In this document: positions 43,801 to 57,117 of the stretch, piece after piece
Position numbering within the stretch: the stretch's first letter is position 1
Layout of the letters: the number at the start of each line of letters is the position of its first letter
Source of the DNA: Eledone cirrhosa
Taxonomy: Eukaryota
Assembly: GCA_964016885.1 (NCBI GenBank)
Contig: OZ024749.1
Location: 6,572,001 to 6,636,000 of the forward strand
Reading direction: 5' to 3'
DNA length: 64,000 nucleotides
Notes under the pieces: generated by a model
Database searches by the model: none
Told to the model about the DNA's origin: nothing
What the model saw: only the letters and a program-made list of their open reading frames with translations
Made by a program: the position numbers and the translations under genes

Positions 43801-44940
43801 ATACATAGGCACCACTGTATCGAAAGAGTTGTCTTTGACACTGAGCACTGCCATTCAGTTGTTAACCTCAGCTGGCAGCAACCTCCACTGTTTGTTGTAT
43901 TTCTAAAACTCTTTCTTATTATCTGCCTATCTCAATGAATTATGAGCATAAAGCCTTCAACTTAAGCCTGACATCATGGTCATTAAAAACCACACAGTGT
44001 TTTATCGATGCCATTAAAACCAACAGGATGTTTAAGGCATGCCAGAGAGATATTGGCTTTTACACTCTTTCATCTATATCAATTTCTTAAGGATATATAA
44101 CTGGAAACTTTACTAAAGGTCTCCTATGTTAAGTCCGGTGTTTGTAAAACTGCGTACTACACAAAAACCATCATCAATGCTTTTAGAATAGATTAGAGAA
44201 AGTTTGACACTGGCAATCCATGAGATGCCATTCTTACTTAAATACACAGAGCATGAGAAAATACAGGAAAAAGATATGCAGATACTTTCTAAGAACTAAG
44301 AAGAATCTAAGGGCAGGGCCAGAGCTAGGGATTAGCTGTTGTTTAATATTTAATGGTGTGAAATTGATGAGGAACAAGATAATATCTCCTGTGATGGTCT
44401 TATATTCAAATGGTTGGTGTTAGGGATGACATACATGTGTAGAAACCAGTCCAAAAATGTGAAGTATTGAGCAAGCTGTAGTTCCCCAGACTAGGAGTAA
44501 CAGTAGCACTAAATAAGATGGAACTTGGCACATAACAACTCATCAAATACATATCAGCATGGGAAAATGGATGTATGATGATGATGATGTGCACTGCAAT
44601 CAATAGTATCAACCTTAATGTACTGAAACTGTAGTGATTTCCTGAGATTTACTGAAAAGATGGGACTGTCCATTTTCCCGTTGTATTTGTGCTATGTTCG
44701 AAAGACTTAACTATGTGGGCTTTTTTTTAATACTATATATAAATGTATCTGTCTTTCTGCATTTGTCATCTTTCATTATATATATATATGTGTGTGTACT
44801 TGTGTTATAGAATGTTTACTAATGGGTAGCTGGTGTATCACAACTTTGGTATAATTAGGAAAAAGCAATCAACATCCTATGTATCTTTTCAATTCAGATG
44901 TAGCATCCCACAAGCAGTACAGGACAGTTTAAATACATTA

Positions 44941-45290
44941 ATAATAAAATACAAATTGTAGATTTCCGTGATTCCTTTATTATGTAATTATCCATAATAC
45001 ACATTTCTGTGGTGCCATTCCTATATCATGATCCTAATCACACAATTCCTGACATGACATCTTCAGCAGCTTCTTTAGTAATACATTTATTATGTAAACC
45101 ATATCAATAGATTGTGGTGCCTTAGAAATGGATTTCATGAGAAGATTATAACCTACAAAGTTGTCTGATGATGTCATGTGAGGAATTGTGTTATAGTATA
45201 ATGGCATAATAACTGCACCACAGAAATGGATATTATGGCTAAATACATAATAAAGGAATCATGGAAATCTACCTTTCATATTTTATTATT
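44941..45290. repeat. Diverged inverted pair (44941-45070 / 45160-45290) with decayed CTGATGA..GAAA core
   Basis: gtagatttcc.tgattcctttattatgta / tacataataaaggaatcatggaaatctac; catttctgtggtgc / gcaccacagaaatg. Confidence 0.75.
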
Positions 45291-45298
45291 GTTGTGTG

Positions 45299-45327
<29 letters not shown>

Positions 45328-45329
<2 letters not shown>

Positions 45330-45753
45330 TATTCAAAATATTAATAAATGAAAAATATTCTCATAATCAAAATATATATTTTATTATACATATTTCAAAG
45401 GTACGATGGTGTTTAAGTATGTTTTCATCAGATAAAATATACGATTTGATATGTGACATACCGCTATGGTCTTGATTATTCAAGTCTAGTATTGGCAATA
45501 CTGGAATTGAATAATCAAAGCCATAGCGGTATGTCATATCAAATCTTATATTTTGTCTGATGAAAACGTACTTAAGCACCATTGTACCTTTGAAATATGT
45601 ATAATAAAATATATATTTTGATTATGAGAATATTTTTCATTTATTAATATTTTGAATAATATTAAAAACTCCAGGAAAATCCATTGTTGAGTGCTTCTAA
45701 TCTATTGCAATATTGTATTCATTGAGTAATCAATGAACCATACTAATATTTGG

Positions 45754-45760
<7 letters not shown>
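45328..45760. mobile_element. Palindromic HHR element (arms 45328-45494 / 45496-45660) with a longer right tail
   Basis: Near-perfect inversion centred ~45495; (TA)n on both sides. Confidence 0.88.
45547..45613 (+). ncRNA. Type I hammerhead (mirror copy at ~45376-45441 on minus)
   Basis: tatattttgt-CTGATGA-aaacgtac..gtaccttt-GAAA-tatgta-TA-ataaaatata. Confidence 0.78.
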
Positions 45761-45796
<36 letters not shown>

Positions 45797-45799
<3 letters not shown>

Positions 45800-46023
45800 T
45801 CATTTCATTTTACATCCGCTTTTCCCTGCTTGCAAGGGTGGGACGGGAACTGATTCTGGCTTGATTTCTACAGCTGGATGCCCTTCCTACAGCTGAGTAA
45901 ACTGGAGCAATGTGAAATAAAGTGTCTTGCTCAAGGAAACAACACATCACCCGATCTAAGAATTGAACTCACAACCTTTCGATTGCAAGGCCAATGCTCT
46001 AACCACTAAGCCATGTGCCTCCA
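45797..46023 (-). mobile_element. Family B SINE with internal deletion
   Basis: Tail joined directly to core at ctacagctg. Confidence 0.85.
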
Positions 46024-46238
46024 TGATATATATATATCATCATCATCATTTAATGTCCATTTTCCACACTAATGTGTGTTAGATGGGTTGTCCCATTAGA
46101 GGCAAGTTGAGTCAGGTGATCGTGTCTTGCTCATATAGGACTGTTTTTAGCTAGTTTCTTATGGCTGGATACCTTTCCTAATGGCACCCTTATTTACAGT
46201 GTGGGCTGGGTACTTTTAGTCGTGACAACTAAAGTATA

Positions 46239-46292
<54 letters not shown>

Positions 46293-46756
46293 TTAGTACA
46301 GATTAAAAGTCTAAGCAATAAATTCTGCTTTCCCCATAAGTGGCATCATTAGAAATTGAAAAAATCCATATGTAGATGCAGACGGAAATATTTTAAAATG
46401 TTACGAAATATTGCCTTTAGAAAACAGGAAGACATAACGATAGTGTGTGAAAATGTTCTCTTGAGATGAACACAATATATGCAAGGATAATTACATCATT
46501 ATGTGGAGCATGAAGAACAAATTCTCGCTATAGAAAAAATCAGAAGACTAATATTATTTTTAGAATATCTAAATAATTTCCAGCTACCATATATGGTAAA
46601 TGAATAAACATAAATATACTGAAGGTATTAATAATAGTAAAAGTAATTTTAATGAGAACATTAATAGTAATGTTTTCAAATTTAGGCTCATAAATAAATA
46701 TGCGCTAACTAGTGTGGACGTATGCATAAACAGATATAGTGAATGAAAATGATACA

Positions 46757-47380
46757 TTATGGCTGCCCCCTCATTATCGAGTATGGCCACTGCATGATAA
46801 AAAAAAAACAAAAAAAAAACACATATATTAATTATGAATGGTGCTGCGATCGAATGTGGTTTTTTAGCCCAGCCAATGATCTAAAGTGTCTTGCACAGAG
46901 TTGGCAACCATGATAAAAACATTCACTGGCAATAGCCGGCTGTGGTTGGTCTTCATGTACTTTTGCATGTCATTTGAGCCCTCCTGCTGATCTACACTCT
47001 CTTCCACATGCCTGACAGGTATGATGAGTAGCATCTCCTACAGCAGCCTGGTAGTCAACCACTGGTCTCACTTTATGACTGCGAAGATGACTTTCGAGTC
47101 CAGCTTTGCTGAGGCTGACTGACTTTCAGGAAGAACACATTCTGCAATGCGTGTCAGCAGATGGTCCAGAAGCACCCTACATCAAACATTTTCCTGCGAC
47201 AGAAAACAATGATATACCCCTATAATTTCCACAATCATTCTTGTTACCCTTTCCCTTGTCCAAGACCACCATTACTGCATCTTTCCAGTCCTTAGTTACG
47301 GATTCACTAGCCCATATCCTGCCAAACAAAGAGTGAAGATGTCGCAGAAGTTTCTCACCACCATATGGTAAAAGCTCTGC
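46757..47380 (-). mobile_element. RTE LINE remnant (RT N-terminal region joined to 3' end)
   Basis: AELLPYGGEKLLRHLHSLFGRIW..DWKDAVMV..KGKGNKNDCGNYRGISLFSVAGK; 3' end ggccatactcgataatgagggggcagccat resembles 5700-5732. Confidence 0.85.
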
Positions 47381-47449
47381 ATACATACATACACATCTAC
47401 ATATGCCCAAGTACACATATACACACGTTTATATATATACACACACACA

Positions 47450-47483
<34 letters not shown>

Positions 47484-47649
47484 TAGATAGGTAAATATAC
47501 ACGGGTGTGTATGATTGTGTATAGAAGATTATATTAATAAGAGGAATTCCAACTATGTCTGATTTATTCGTTTTATTTACAATCCTTTAAAATTTATAAT
47601 GGTATTATAATGAAATAGTATGATAGAATATTAAATGTTAAGTGTTAAT

Positions 47650-47688
47650 TGAACAAGTACTTTCATGCTTTTGCAATCTTCAGGTTCA
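47650..47688 (-). ncRNA. Minimal hammerhead (mirror copy)
   Basis: tgaac-CTGAAGA-ttgcaaaagcat-GAAA-gtac-TT-gttca on the minus strand. Confidence 0.82.
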
Positions 47689-47775
47689 TAATATGTGGTG
47701 ACAGTCAAGTTTGCAATTTTCAACTGTCAATTTTCAACAGTTGAAAATTGCAAACTTGACTGTCACCACACATTA

Positions 47776-47814
47776 TGAACCTGAAGATTGCGAAAGCATG
47801 AAAGTACTTGTTCA
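47776..47814 (+). ncRNA. Minimal type I hammerhead ribozyme
   Basis: tgaac-CTGAAGA-t tgc gaaa gca t-GAAA-gtac-TT-gttca. Confidence 0.85.
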
Positions 47815-48104
47815 ATTAACACTTAGAATTTAATATTCTATCATACTATTTCATTATAATACCATTATTAATTTTAAAGGATTGTAAATAAAACGAGTAA
47901 ATCAGACATAGTTGGAATTCCTCTTATTAATATATATATATGTGTATGTGTGTGTGTGTGTGTGTGCGTGTGTGTGTGTGTGGAAGAGAGTCCAGGGTTC
48001 AATCAAGAGCAACCACTGTAAGTAAGGTACTCAATACATTAGTAGAGTGTATACAACAAATTTCTAATCAAATTTGTTATATATATATATATGTATGTAT
48101 ACAG

Positions 48105-48492
48105 GGAGGCACATGGCTTAGTGGTTAGAGCATTGGCCTTGTAATTGAAAGGTTGTGAGTTCAATTCTTGGACTAGGTGATGTGTTGTTTCCTTGAGCAA
48201 GACACTTTATTTCACATTACTCCAGTTTACTCAGCTGTAGAAATGAGATGATAGGGACTGGGGTCCATATCATTCCACTGCAAAGTGGTCGTGGAGGTGC
48301 CATGGCAAAGAAGCACCCATCGCACACTGTAAAGTGGACGTGTAGGCGCCACGGAAAAAAAGCACCCATTACTCACTGTAAATGAGGTTGGTGTTAGGAA
48401 GGGCATCCAGCTGTAGAAATCAAGCCAGAATCAGTTCCCGTCCGACCTTTGCAAGCAGGGAAAAGCGGACGTAAAATGATGATGATGATGAT
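48105..48492 (+). mobile_element. Family B SINE, full length
   Basis: Head-core-tail-(GAT)n. Confidence 0.9.
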
Positions 48493-48640
48493 ATAATTAC
48501 ATACATACATTCATACACGAACAGTTTTAGCAGACTGTAACAGGTATAATATGTTTATCAGAGGCACATATTCAACGTAGTCAATGGACATATTAATATC
48601 ATTACTATTTCGATATCATGATAATATCAAATAATAATTT

Positions 48641-48793
48641 TCAATATTTAGCATGCATTATATTGGTATTGTCTAAGGAAATTTTCACAAAATTAATTAA
48701 TTTTTCCACAATTTTAGTAACAGCAGTAATATTCAAATTCGTATCAAAAATTTCAAAATTTATTAGCACAATTCCATTTGCAAAGACACCAAA
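48641..48793 (-). CDS. Possible terminal exon FGVFANGIVLINFEIFDTNLNITAVTKIVEKLINFVKISLDNTNIMHAKY*
   Basis: cttttatttaacAG acceptor; 50 open codons in very AT-rich unique DNA. Confidence 0.28.
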   Translation of the reverse strand, partial: FGVFANGIVLINFEIFDTNLNITAVTKIVEKLINFVKISLDNTNIMHAKY

Positions 48794-48914
48794 CTGTTAA
48801 ATAAAAGCTTTATATTATTATTTTTGTTTCCATTTGTTTATTGATTTTATTTCCCTTACTCGTGTAATTTCATACAGATAATTAAATTGCAATTGTACAG
48901 AGAGAAAACAAAAG

Positions 48915-48955
<41 letters not shown>

Positions 48956-48999
48956 GTATATATATCATTGTCATTCTACATCTGCTTTTCCTGCTATAC

Positions 49000-49070
<71 letters not shown>

Positions 49071-49278
49071 GAAGTGTAACAATGGAAAATAGTACCTATG
49101 GCAAATATTGAAATTGAGCCCCTTCCCATGCAGCAAGCTATAGTAGTTGTTAGACAATAGGATTGACAGCACAGTTTAAATAAATGAGGGTTTAGGTTAT
49201 TAAACTGTATTTTCATTTGTTCTACAGGTATCTTTCACACTTAAGCCTATGTAAAGTATTGGCAAAATTGTTAGTGTA

Positions 49279-49612
49279 TTTAAAGGGAGTGATCTGTGTA
49301 ATATTGATATGTGACATATATTAAAGGGAGTGATCTGTGTAATACTGATCTGTGACAAATATTAAAGGGAGTGATCTGTGTAATACTGATCTGTGACAAA
49401 TATTAAAGGGAGAGATCTGTGTAATATTGATCTGTGACATATATTAAAGGGAGAAATCTGTGTAATACTGATCTGTGACATATATTAAAGGGAGTGATCT
49501 GTGTAATAGTGATCTGTGACATATATTAAAGGGAGAGATCTGTGTAATACTGATCTGTGACAAATATTAAAGGGAGTGATCTATGTAATACTGATCTGTG
49601 ACAAATATTAAA
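49279..49612. repeat. 41-bp tandem repeat, ~8 copies
   Basis: attaaagggagtgatctgtgtaatactgatctgtgacaaat. Confidence 0.95.
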
Positions 49613-49884
49613 ACCCTATTAAAATATATGACAAGTCATACTATGAGGTATGCCTCTGTGGTCATATAGTTCCCAAGCACTGTATTTTTACCTATGGAGG
49701 TCTAATATTTATATAAATGGTTTAATAATCCAGCCACCATAATGCTTCTCACCAATGATAATCAAAGACAGATCATACATCTGAAGAAGTTCCTTTTTTC
49801 ACTCTCTGACGATAGCTTATCTGACTTTAATAGAAAGTACTTCTAGTCCAGGTACCGCCCCCTTTCAAGCGGCCTCCATGGCCT

Positions 49885-49948
<64 letters not shown>

Positions 49949-49951
<3 letters not shown>

Positions 49952-50330
49952 TCACCATCATCACCGTTTTACGTCCATTATTCCACGCTAGCATGGGTTA
50001 CACAGGTTGTTCTGTTGTGGGCAGTGTCCGGTCGGCTGACCTTGTCTTGCTCATACAGGAACTGATTCTGGCTTGATTTCTACAGCTGGATGCCCTTCCT
50101 AACACCAACCTCATTTACAGTGAGTGCTGGGTGCTTTTTTTTGCCGTGGCACCTACACGACCACTTTGCAGTGGAATGATAGGGACCCCAGTCCTTATCA
50201 TCTCATTTCTACAGCTGAGTAAACTGGAGCAATGTGAAATAAAGTGTCTTGCTCAAGGAAACAACACATCACCCGGTCTGAGAATTGAACTTACAACCTT
50301 TCGATTGCAAGACCAATGCTCTAACCACTA
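49949..50330 (-). mobile_element. Family B SINE
   Basis: Reverse-complement copy. Confidence 0.88.
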
Positions 50331-50419
50331 AGAGAGAGAGAGAGAGAGAGAAGAAGAGAGAGAGAGGGAAAGAGAGAGAGGGAAAGAGAGCGAGGGAAAG
50401 AGAGAGAGGGAAAGAGAGA

Positions 50420-50619
50420 NNNNNNNNNNNNNNNNNNNNNNNNNNNNNNNNNNNNNNNNNNNNNNNNNNNNNNNNNNNNNNNNNNNNNNNNNNNNNNNNN
50501 NNNNNNNNNNNNNNNNNNNNNNNNNNNNNNNNNNNNNNNNNNNNNNNNNNNNNNNNNNNNNNNNNNNNNNNNNNNNNNNNNNNNNNNNNNNNNNNNNNNN
50601 NNNNNNNNNNNNNNNNNNN
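50420..50619. other. Assembly gap (200 N)
   Basis: Run of n. Confidence 1.
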
Positions 50620-51206
50620 CTGGTGGCACAAATAATTCATACAGTCCATTATGTAAAGTGGTTGGGTGATAGGAAGGGCATCCTGCCATGAAAGCTTGCC
50701 GAAACTATGTAAAGTACAACACATATGTCTCTCACTAATTGTGTACACAGGACTAACACTAGTAATGTTACTTCTGTGTATGGTAGTAGTTGGGTGGCTA
50801 ACTTAGTCAACTTTGAGGACCCTTAGGACATTGTCAAGCAATCACACACACTCATTCCTTTCCAGGTGCAAAGATGATGAAATATATATGTGTATGTGTG
50901 TATGTGTGTGTGAGTGAGTTGTGAGCATGTGTGTGTGTGTGTGAGCGTGTGTGTGTGCGTGTGTGTGCGTGTGTGTGAGTGTGAGTGTGAGTGTGTGTGT
51001 ATGTGCGTGTGTGTGAGTGTGTTGTGTGAGTGTGTGTGTGTGTGCGAGTGCGTGAGCATGAGCATGTGTGTGTGTGTATGTGTGAGTGTGTGTGCGAGTT
51101 GCATGAGAGTGTGTGCGTGAAACGTGAGTGTATGCATGACCGTGTGTGTGTGTGTGTGAGTGCGTGTGTGCGTGAGAGCATCAGCGCAAGCGTGTGTGAG
51201 TGTGAG

Positions 51207-51280
<74 letters not shown>

Positions 51281-51383
51281 TGTGAGTGGGTGTGTGTGTG
51301 TGTGTGTGTGTGAGCATGAGTGTGTGTGAGCATGAGTGTGTGTGAGCGTGCCATTCTTTCTAACTTTTTTGGTTCTATGACAG

Positions 51384-51484
51384 GCCATGTTTCCCCCCGA
51401 GCCTCCTTTCCTGTTACATATTCCCTGTGGCCCATACCCAAGGTAGTTTTTATGGAAATTTACTTAGTGGAGCTTTATGTTGAA
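51384..51484 (+). CDS. Candidate 101-nt exon; frame uncertain (phase 1 to 0 reads HVSPRASFPVTYSLWPIPKVVFMEIYLVELYVE)
   Basis: ctaac branch point, pyrimidine tract and acAG; GTAAGT donor at 51485. Confidence 0.35.
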
Positions 51485-51903
51485 GTAAGTGCCCAGAACT
51501 AGGGTCAATTCTCTATATCTCTATCTCATTTCCTTTCTATAACTATCTCTTTCTTTGGAAGAAATCTGCTGTTTTCAGACCTGAAGAGGATATGGGCTCT
51601 GCCAAATTTTAAAAATGCCCATGAAATGCCATATGTCACTATGATACCCCTACAACGCTGTCAGGAGTTACAGCTGCATACACACGCTATTTATTTAAAG
51701 ACCTTCCATCATAATTCTATGTAAGACCCCTTGTTAAGTTATACTCCAAATATCAGTTAGTTATATTAGTAAATACCTCAAAACTTTTGATTGTCTTTGA
51801 AATAATATGAAAATTCGAGTTTGTAATATTTAATTTAGATAATAACTTCCCTATGTTGGGTGGTTTAAACTTAAAAGATGTACAGACGTTTTGTATTGTT
51901 CAA

Positions 51904-52437
51904 CCCTTTAGCATTTACAATACGCTATATATATATATACTATTGTATTTTTGTGGTAAAGGATTTACCTTACATAATATCTCACATAACATTTACATTG
52001 CTCTATATATACTATTGTATAATATCTCACATAACATTTACATTGCTCTATGTATACTATTGTATTTTCACAGTAAAGGCTTTACCTCACATAACATTTC
52101 CATTACTCTATATATACTATTGTATTTTCACAGTAAAGGCTTTACCTCACATAATATCTCACATAACATTTCCATTACTCTATATATACTATTGTATTTT
52201 CACAGTAAAGGCTTTACCTCACATAATATCTCACATAACATTTACATTGCTCTATGTATATACTATTGTATTTTTGTGGTAAAGGCTTTATTTCACATAA
52301 TATCGAATCTACGTGATTTTGATATTTATTTTGAGAACAATATTGTAACACCAGTATAAGCAGATAGTTATGGCCGGTTTGAACAGAAAGATGTGAGAGA
52401 ATTCTTGCTGGATACAGCCAGTTTAAATGCTTCAGTG
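51904..52437. mobile_element. piggyBac-type MITE with 72-bp satellite units (reverse orientation)
   Basis: Left end ccctttagcattta; decayed right end tttaaatgcttcagtg-TTAA. Confidence 0.75.
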
Positions 52438-52576
52438 TTAAATTAGGTTGAGCTAATAAGTAGTACTAAGTGACAACCAAGTTCTATAGTCGTCCAAAAT
52501 GTGGCCTCTGTCTGATTTTTCTGATAGATTTTTCCTAAGAACATCTTTCTACAAAATGCTGTCATATCTGCTTTAA

Positions 52577-53370
52577 CCCTTTAGCATTTAAACCGGCTGT
52601 ATCCAACCAGAATTATCTCACCTCTTTCTGTTCAAACCGACCATAACTTGCCACTGACACCTATGTTAAGGTAATGTTCTAAAAATAAATGATATCAAAA
52701 TCTTAGATTCGATATTATGTGAGATATTATGTGAGGTAGAGCCTTTACTGTGAAAATACAATAGGATATATAGAGTAATGGTAATGTTATGTGAGATATT
52801 TATGTGAGGTAAAGCCTTTACCGTGAAAATACAATAGTATATATAGAGTAATGGTAATGTTATGTGAGATATTTATGTGTAAAGCCTTTACCGTGAAAAT
52901 ACAAGAGTATATATAGAGTAATGGAAATGTTATGTGAGATAATTATGCGAGGTAAAGCCTTTACCGTGAAAGTAGAATAGGATATATAGAGTAATGTAAA
53001 TGTTATGTGAGATATTATGTGAGGTAAAGCCTTTACTGTGAAAATAGAATAGTATATATAGAGTAATGTAAATGTTATGTGAGATATTATGTGAGGTAAA
53101 GCCTTTACTGTGAAAATACAATACTATATATAGAGTAATGTAAATGTTATGTGAGATATTATGTGAGGTAAAGCCTTTACCGTGAAAATACAATAGTATA
53201 TATAGAGTAATGTAAATGTTATGTGAGATATTATGTGAGGTAAAGCCTTTATAATGAAAATACAATAGTATATATAGAGTAATGTAAATGCTATGTGAGA
53301 TATTATGTGAGGTAAAGCCTTTACTGTGAAAATACAATAGTATATATAGAGTAATGTAAATGCTAAAGGG
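52577..53370. mobile_element. piggyBac-type MITE with ~9 copies of the 72-bp satellite
   Basis: TTAA-ccctttagcattta ... taaatgctaaaggg-ttga. Confidence 0.85.
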
Positions 53371-53656
53371 TTGACATCTCACGTGAAAATATTTACATGA
53401 TTAGAAAGAATCAAAGGTAAGTGTGCATCTGTGAAACATAAAAATTAGAACCAATATCTTTCAGTAGAATATATAAGAATGAAAGGTTAATTATTATATT
53501 GTCCATAGAACTGTGACTATTTAGGAACCAGCACTAAATCTGATAGTTCACTGTACTATAAGTTAACATTCTTGCACTCAGTACTCTCAAGCACCAGGCT
53601 TAATATAGATATATATATGTGTGTGTGTGTGTAAATATATGTGTAAATATATTATG

Positions 53657-53701
<45 letters not shown>

Positions 53702-53704
53702 AAA

Positions 53705-53985
53705 GCGCCATCCAGGCCGAAACAAATGAGATCGTGTAGGTGTCACGACAAAAAAAACACACAGTCCACGCTGTAATGTGGCTGTGTAGGCAACACGGTA
53801 AAAACCTCCCAGACCCACACTGTAAATGTGGTTGGTGTTAGGAAGGGCATCCAACTGTAGAAAACCTGCCAGACAGTCCTATGCGAGCAAAACAATCACT
53901 CTTGCCTCAAGTGGGACTACCCCCGTCCAAACCCATGCAAGCGTGGAACACGGACGTTAAACGTTGATGATGATGATGATGATGA
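53705..53985 (+). mobile_element. SINE 3' body with RTE-like tail
   Basis: Matches 12200-12477. Confidence 0.85.
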
Positions 53986-54320
53986 TATATATATATATGT
54001 ATGTGTGTATGTAAATATATGTGTAAATATATTTATTTATGTGTGTGTGTGTGAATATTAAAAATAAGTGTAAATATTATGTATATATATGTGTGAGAGT
54101 GTGTGTGTCTAAATATATGTGTAAATATATTATGTATATATATATATATGTGTGTGTATGTAAATATATGTGTAAATATATTATGTATATATATAAATGT
54201 GTGTGTGTGTGTGTATGTAAATATATGTGTAAATATATTATGTATATATATATATATTGATATGTTGATTTAAAACTGCACTATTCACAAGTGTTTTTTA
54301 ACCTTCATATCATGTCTTCC

Positions 54321-54391
54321 TATTTTATCTGATGAAAACACAAATGTTATTGCATGATGCTATTTGTTTTTGAAATGCGCATAATAAAATA
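54321..54391 (+). ncRNA. Type I hammerhead ribozyme
   Basis: tattttat-CTGATGA-aaacacaaat..tatttgttttt-GAAA-tgcgca-TA-ataaaata. Confidence 0.8.
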
Positions 54392-54679
54392 CATGGAACT
54401 CTTTTAACCATCTTTTGATCTTATATATTATATATATATATATATATGGGTGTGTATGTATGTAAATATATGTGTAAATATATTATATATATTTGTGTGT
54501 GTGTGTGTAAATATATTATATATGTGTGTGTGTGTGTAAATGTGTGTGTAAATATAAGCGGGAATTTTCATTGTGTTTGATTCTTCTGTTTTCACCCACG
54601 TTTTTTTAAATAATATATATGTATATATATGTGTGTGTGTGTGTAAATATATATATATATATGTCTGTGTGTGTGTGTT

Positions 54680-56617
54680 CCACCACACACACCACCACTT
54701 CACTCCACCACACACTCCACCACTTCACTCCACCACACACTCCACCACACACTCCACCACACACTACACCACACACTACACCACCCCACTCCACCACACA
54801 CTCCACCACTTCACTCCACCACACACTCCACCACACACTCCACCACACACTACACCACACACTACACCACCCCACTCCACCACACACTCCACCACTTCAC
54901 TCCACCACACACTCCACCACACACTCCACCACTTCACTCCACCACACACTCCACCACACACTCCACCACACACTACACCACACACTACACCACCCCACTC
55001 CACCACACACTCCACCACTTCACTCCACCACACACTCCACCACACACTACACCACTTCACTCCACCACACACTACACCACCCCACTCCACCACACACTAC
55101 ACCACTTCACTCCACCACACACTACACCACCCCACTCCACCACACACTACACCACCCCACTCCAACACACACTACACCACCCCACTCCAACACACACTAC
55201 ACCACCCCACTCCAACACACACTACACCACCCCACTCCACCACACACTCCACCACTTCACTCCACCACACACTACACCACTTCACTCCACCAGACACTAC
55301 ACCACCCCACTCCACCACTTCACTCCACCACCCCACTCCACCACTTCACTCCACCACACACTACACTACACCACCCCACTCCACCACACACTACACCACT
55401 TCACTCCACCACACACTACACCACCCCACTCCACCACACACTACACCACCCCACTCCACCACACACTACACCACTTCACTCCACCACACACTACACCACC
55501 CTACTCCGCCACACCACCCCCACTCCACCACCCCACTCCACCACTCCACCACACCACTCCACCACTCCACCTTGCCACACCACTTCACTCCACCACTACA
55601 CCACACACCACCACTCCACCACACCACCACTCCACCACACCACCACTCCACCACTCCACCACACCACCACACCACCACTCCACCACACCACCACTCCACC
55701 ACCCCACTCCACCACACCACACCACCACTCCACCACACCACCACTCCACCACTCCAGCACTCCACCACTCCACCACACCGCTCCACCACTCCACCCTGCC
55801 ACACCACTTCACTCCACCACACCACCCTGCCACTCCACCACACACCACCACTCCACCACACCACCACTCCACCACACCACCACACCACCACTCCACCACA
55901 CCACCACTCCACCACCCCACTCCACCACTCCACCACACCACTCCACCACACCACACCACCACACCACCACTCCACCACACCACCACCCCACTCCACCACA
56001 CCACTCCACCACACCACACCACCACTCCACCACCACTCCACCACTCCACCACACCACTCCACACCACCACTCCACCACACCACCACTCCATCACACACCA
56101 CCACTCCACCCTGCCACACCACTTCACTCCACCACACCACCCTGCCACTCCACCACACACCACCACTCCACCACACCACCACTCCACCACACCACCACAC
56201 CACCACTCCACCACCCCACTCCACCACACCACACCACCACACCACCACACCACTCCACCACACCACACCACCACTCCACCACCACTCCACCACCCCACTC
56301 CACACCACACCACCACACCACCACACCACCACACCACCACACCACCACACACCACCACACCACCACTCCACCACACACCACCACTCCACCACACCACCAC
56401 TCCACCACACCACCACTCCACCACCCCACTCCACACCACACCACCACACCACCACACCACCACACCACCACACACCACCACACCACCACTCCACCACACA
56501 CCACCACTCCACCACACCACCACTCCACCACACCACCACTCCACCACACCACCACTCCACCACACACCACCACACCACCACACCACCACTCCACTCCACC
56601 ACCACACCACACCACCA
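54680..56617. repeat. CCA/CAC-rich complex satellite
   Basis: ccaccacacact/ccacttcact units; source of His/Thr/Pro pseudo-ORFs. Confidence 0.95.
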
Positions 56618-56714
56618 TTCTCAGTGTTGTTACTCTGCCTGCCTCTCCTTCAACCCTTCCCTGTCCCCTAATAAAATGAAGCCAGATAATGATTTTTACA
56701 TTCTAGGACTAGGA

Positions 56715-57025
56715 TGAGAGTAGACAGAGTGAAAGAGAGAGGTGGAGAGAGAGAGGGGGAAAGAGAGGGAGAGAGAGAGGGAGAGGGGGAGAGAGGGGGA
56801 GTAGACAGAGTGAAAGAGAGAGAGGTGGGAGAGAGAGGAGGGGGAGAGGGGGAGAGTAGACAGAGTGAAAGAGAGAGAGAGGGTGAGAGAAAGAGATAGA
56901 CATATGAAAAGTGAGAGAGAGTGAGAGAGAGATAGAGAGAGAGGGTGAGATAAACATATGAAATGTGAGAGAGAAAGAGAGAGAGGGAGAGAGAGAGAGA
57001 CATATGAAACGTGATAGAGAGTAGA

Positions 57026-57117
<92 letters not shown>

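Larger units (their letters stand above)
47530..47934. mobile_element. ~400-bp near-perfect palindrome with mirror HHRs
   Basis: ~198-bp arms, 9-nt spacer at ~47728-47736. Confidence 0.9.

Noticed and set aside
43808-44405. Possible decayed hAT transposase (AIKTNRMFKACQRDIG)
   Set aside because: Resemblance too weak and many stops; needs a tblastx search
40803-49612. CRISPR-like appearance of the 103-bp and 41-bp arrays
   Set aside because: No unique spacers, no cas genes, eukaryotic context
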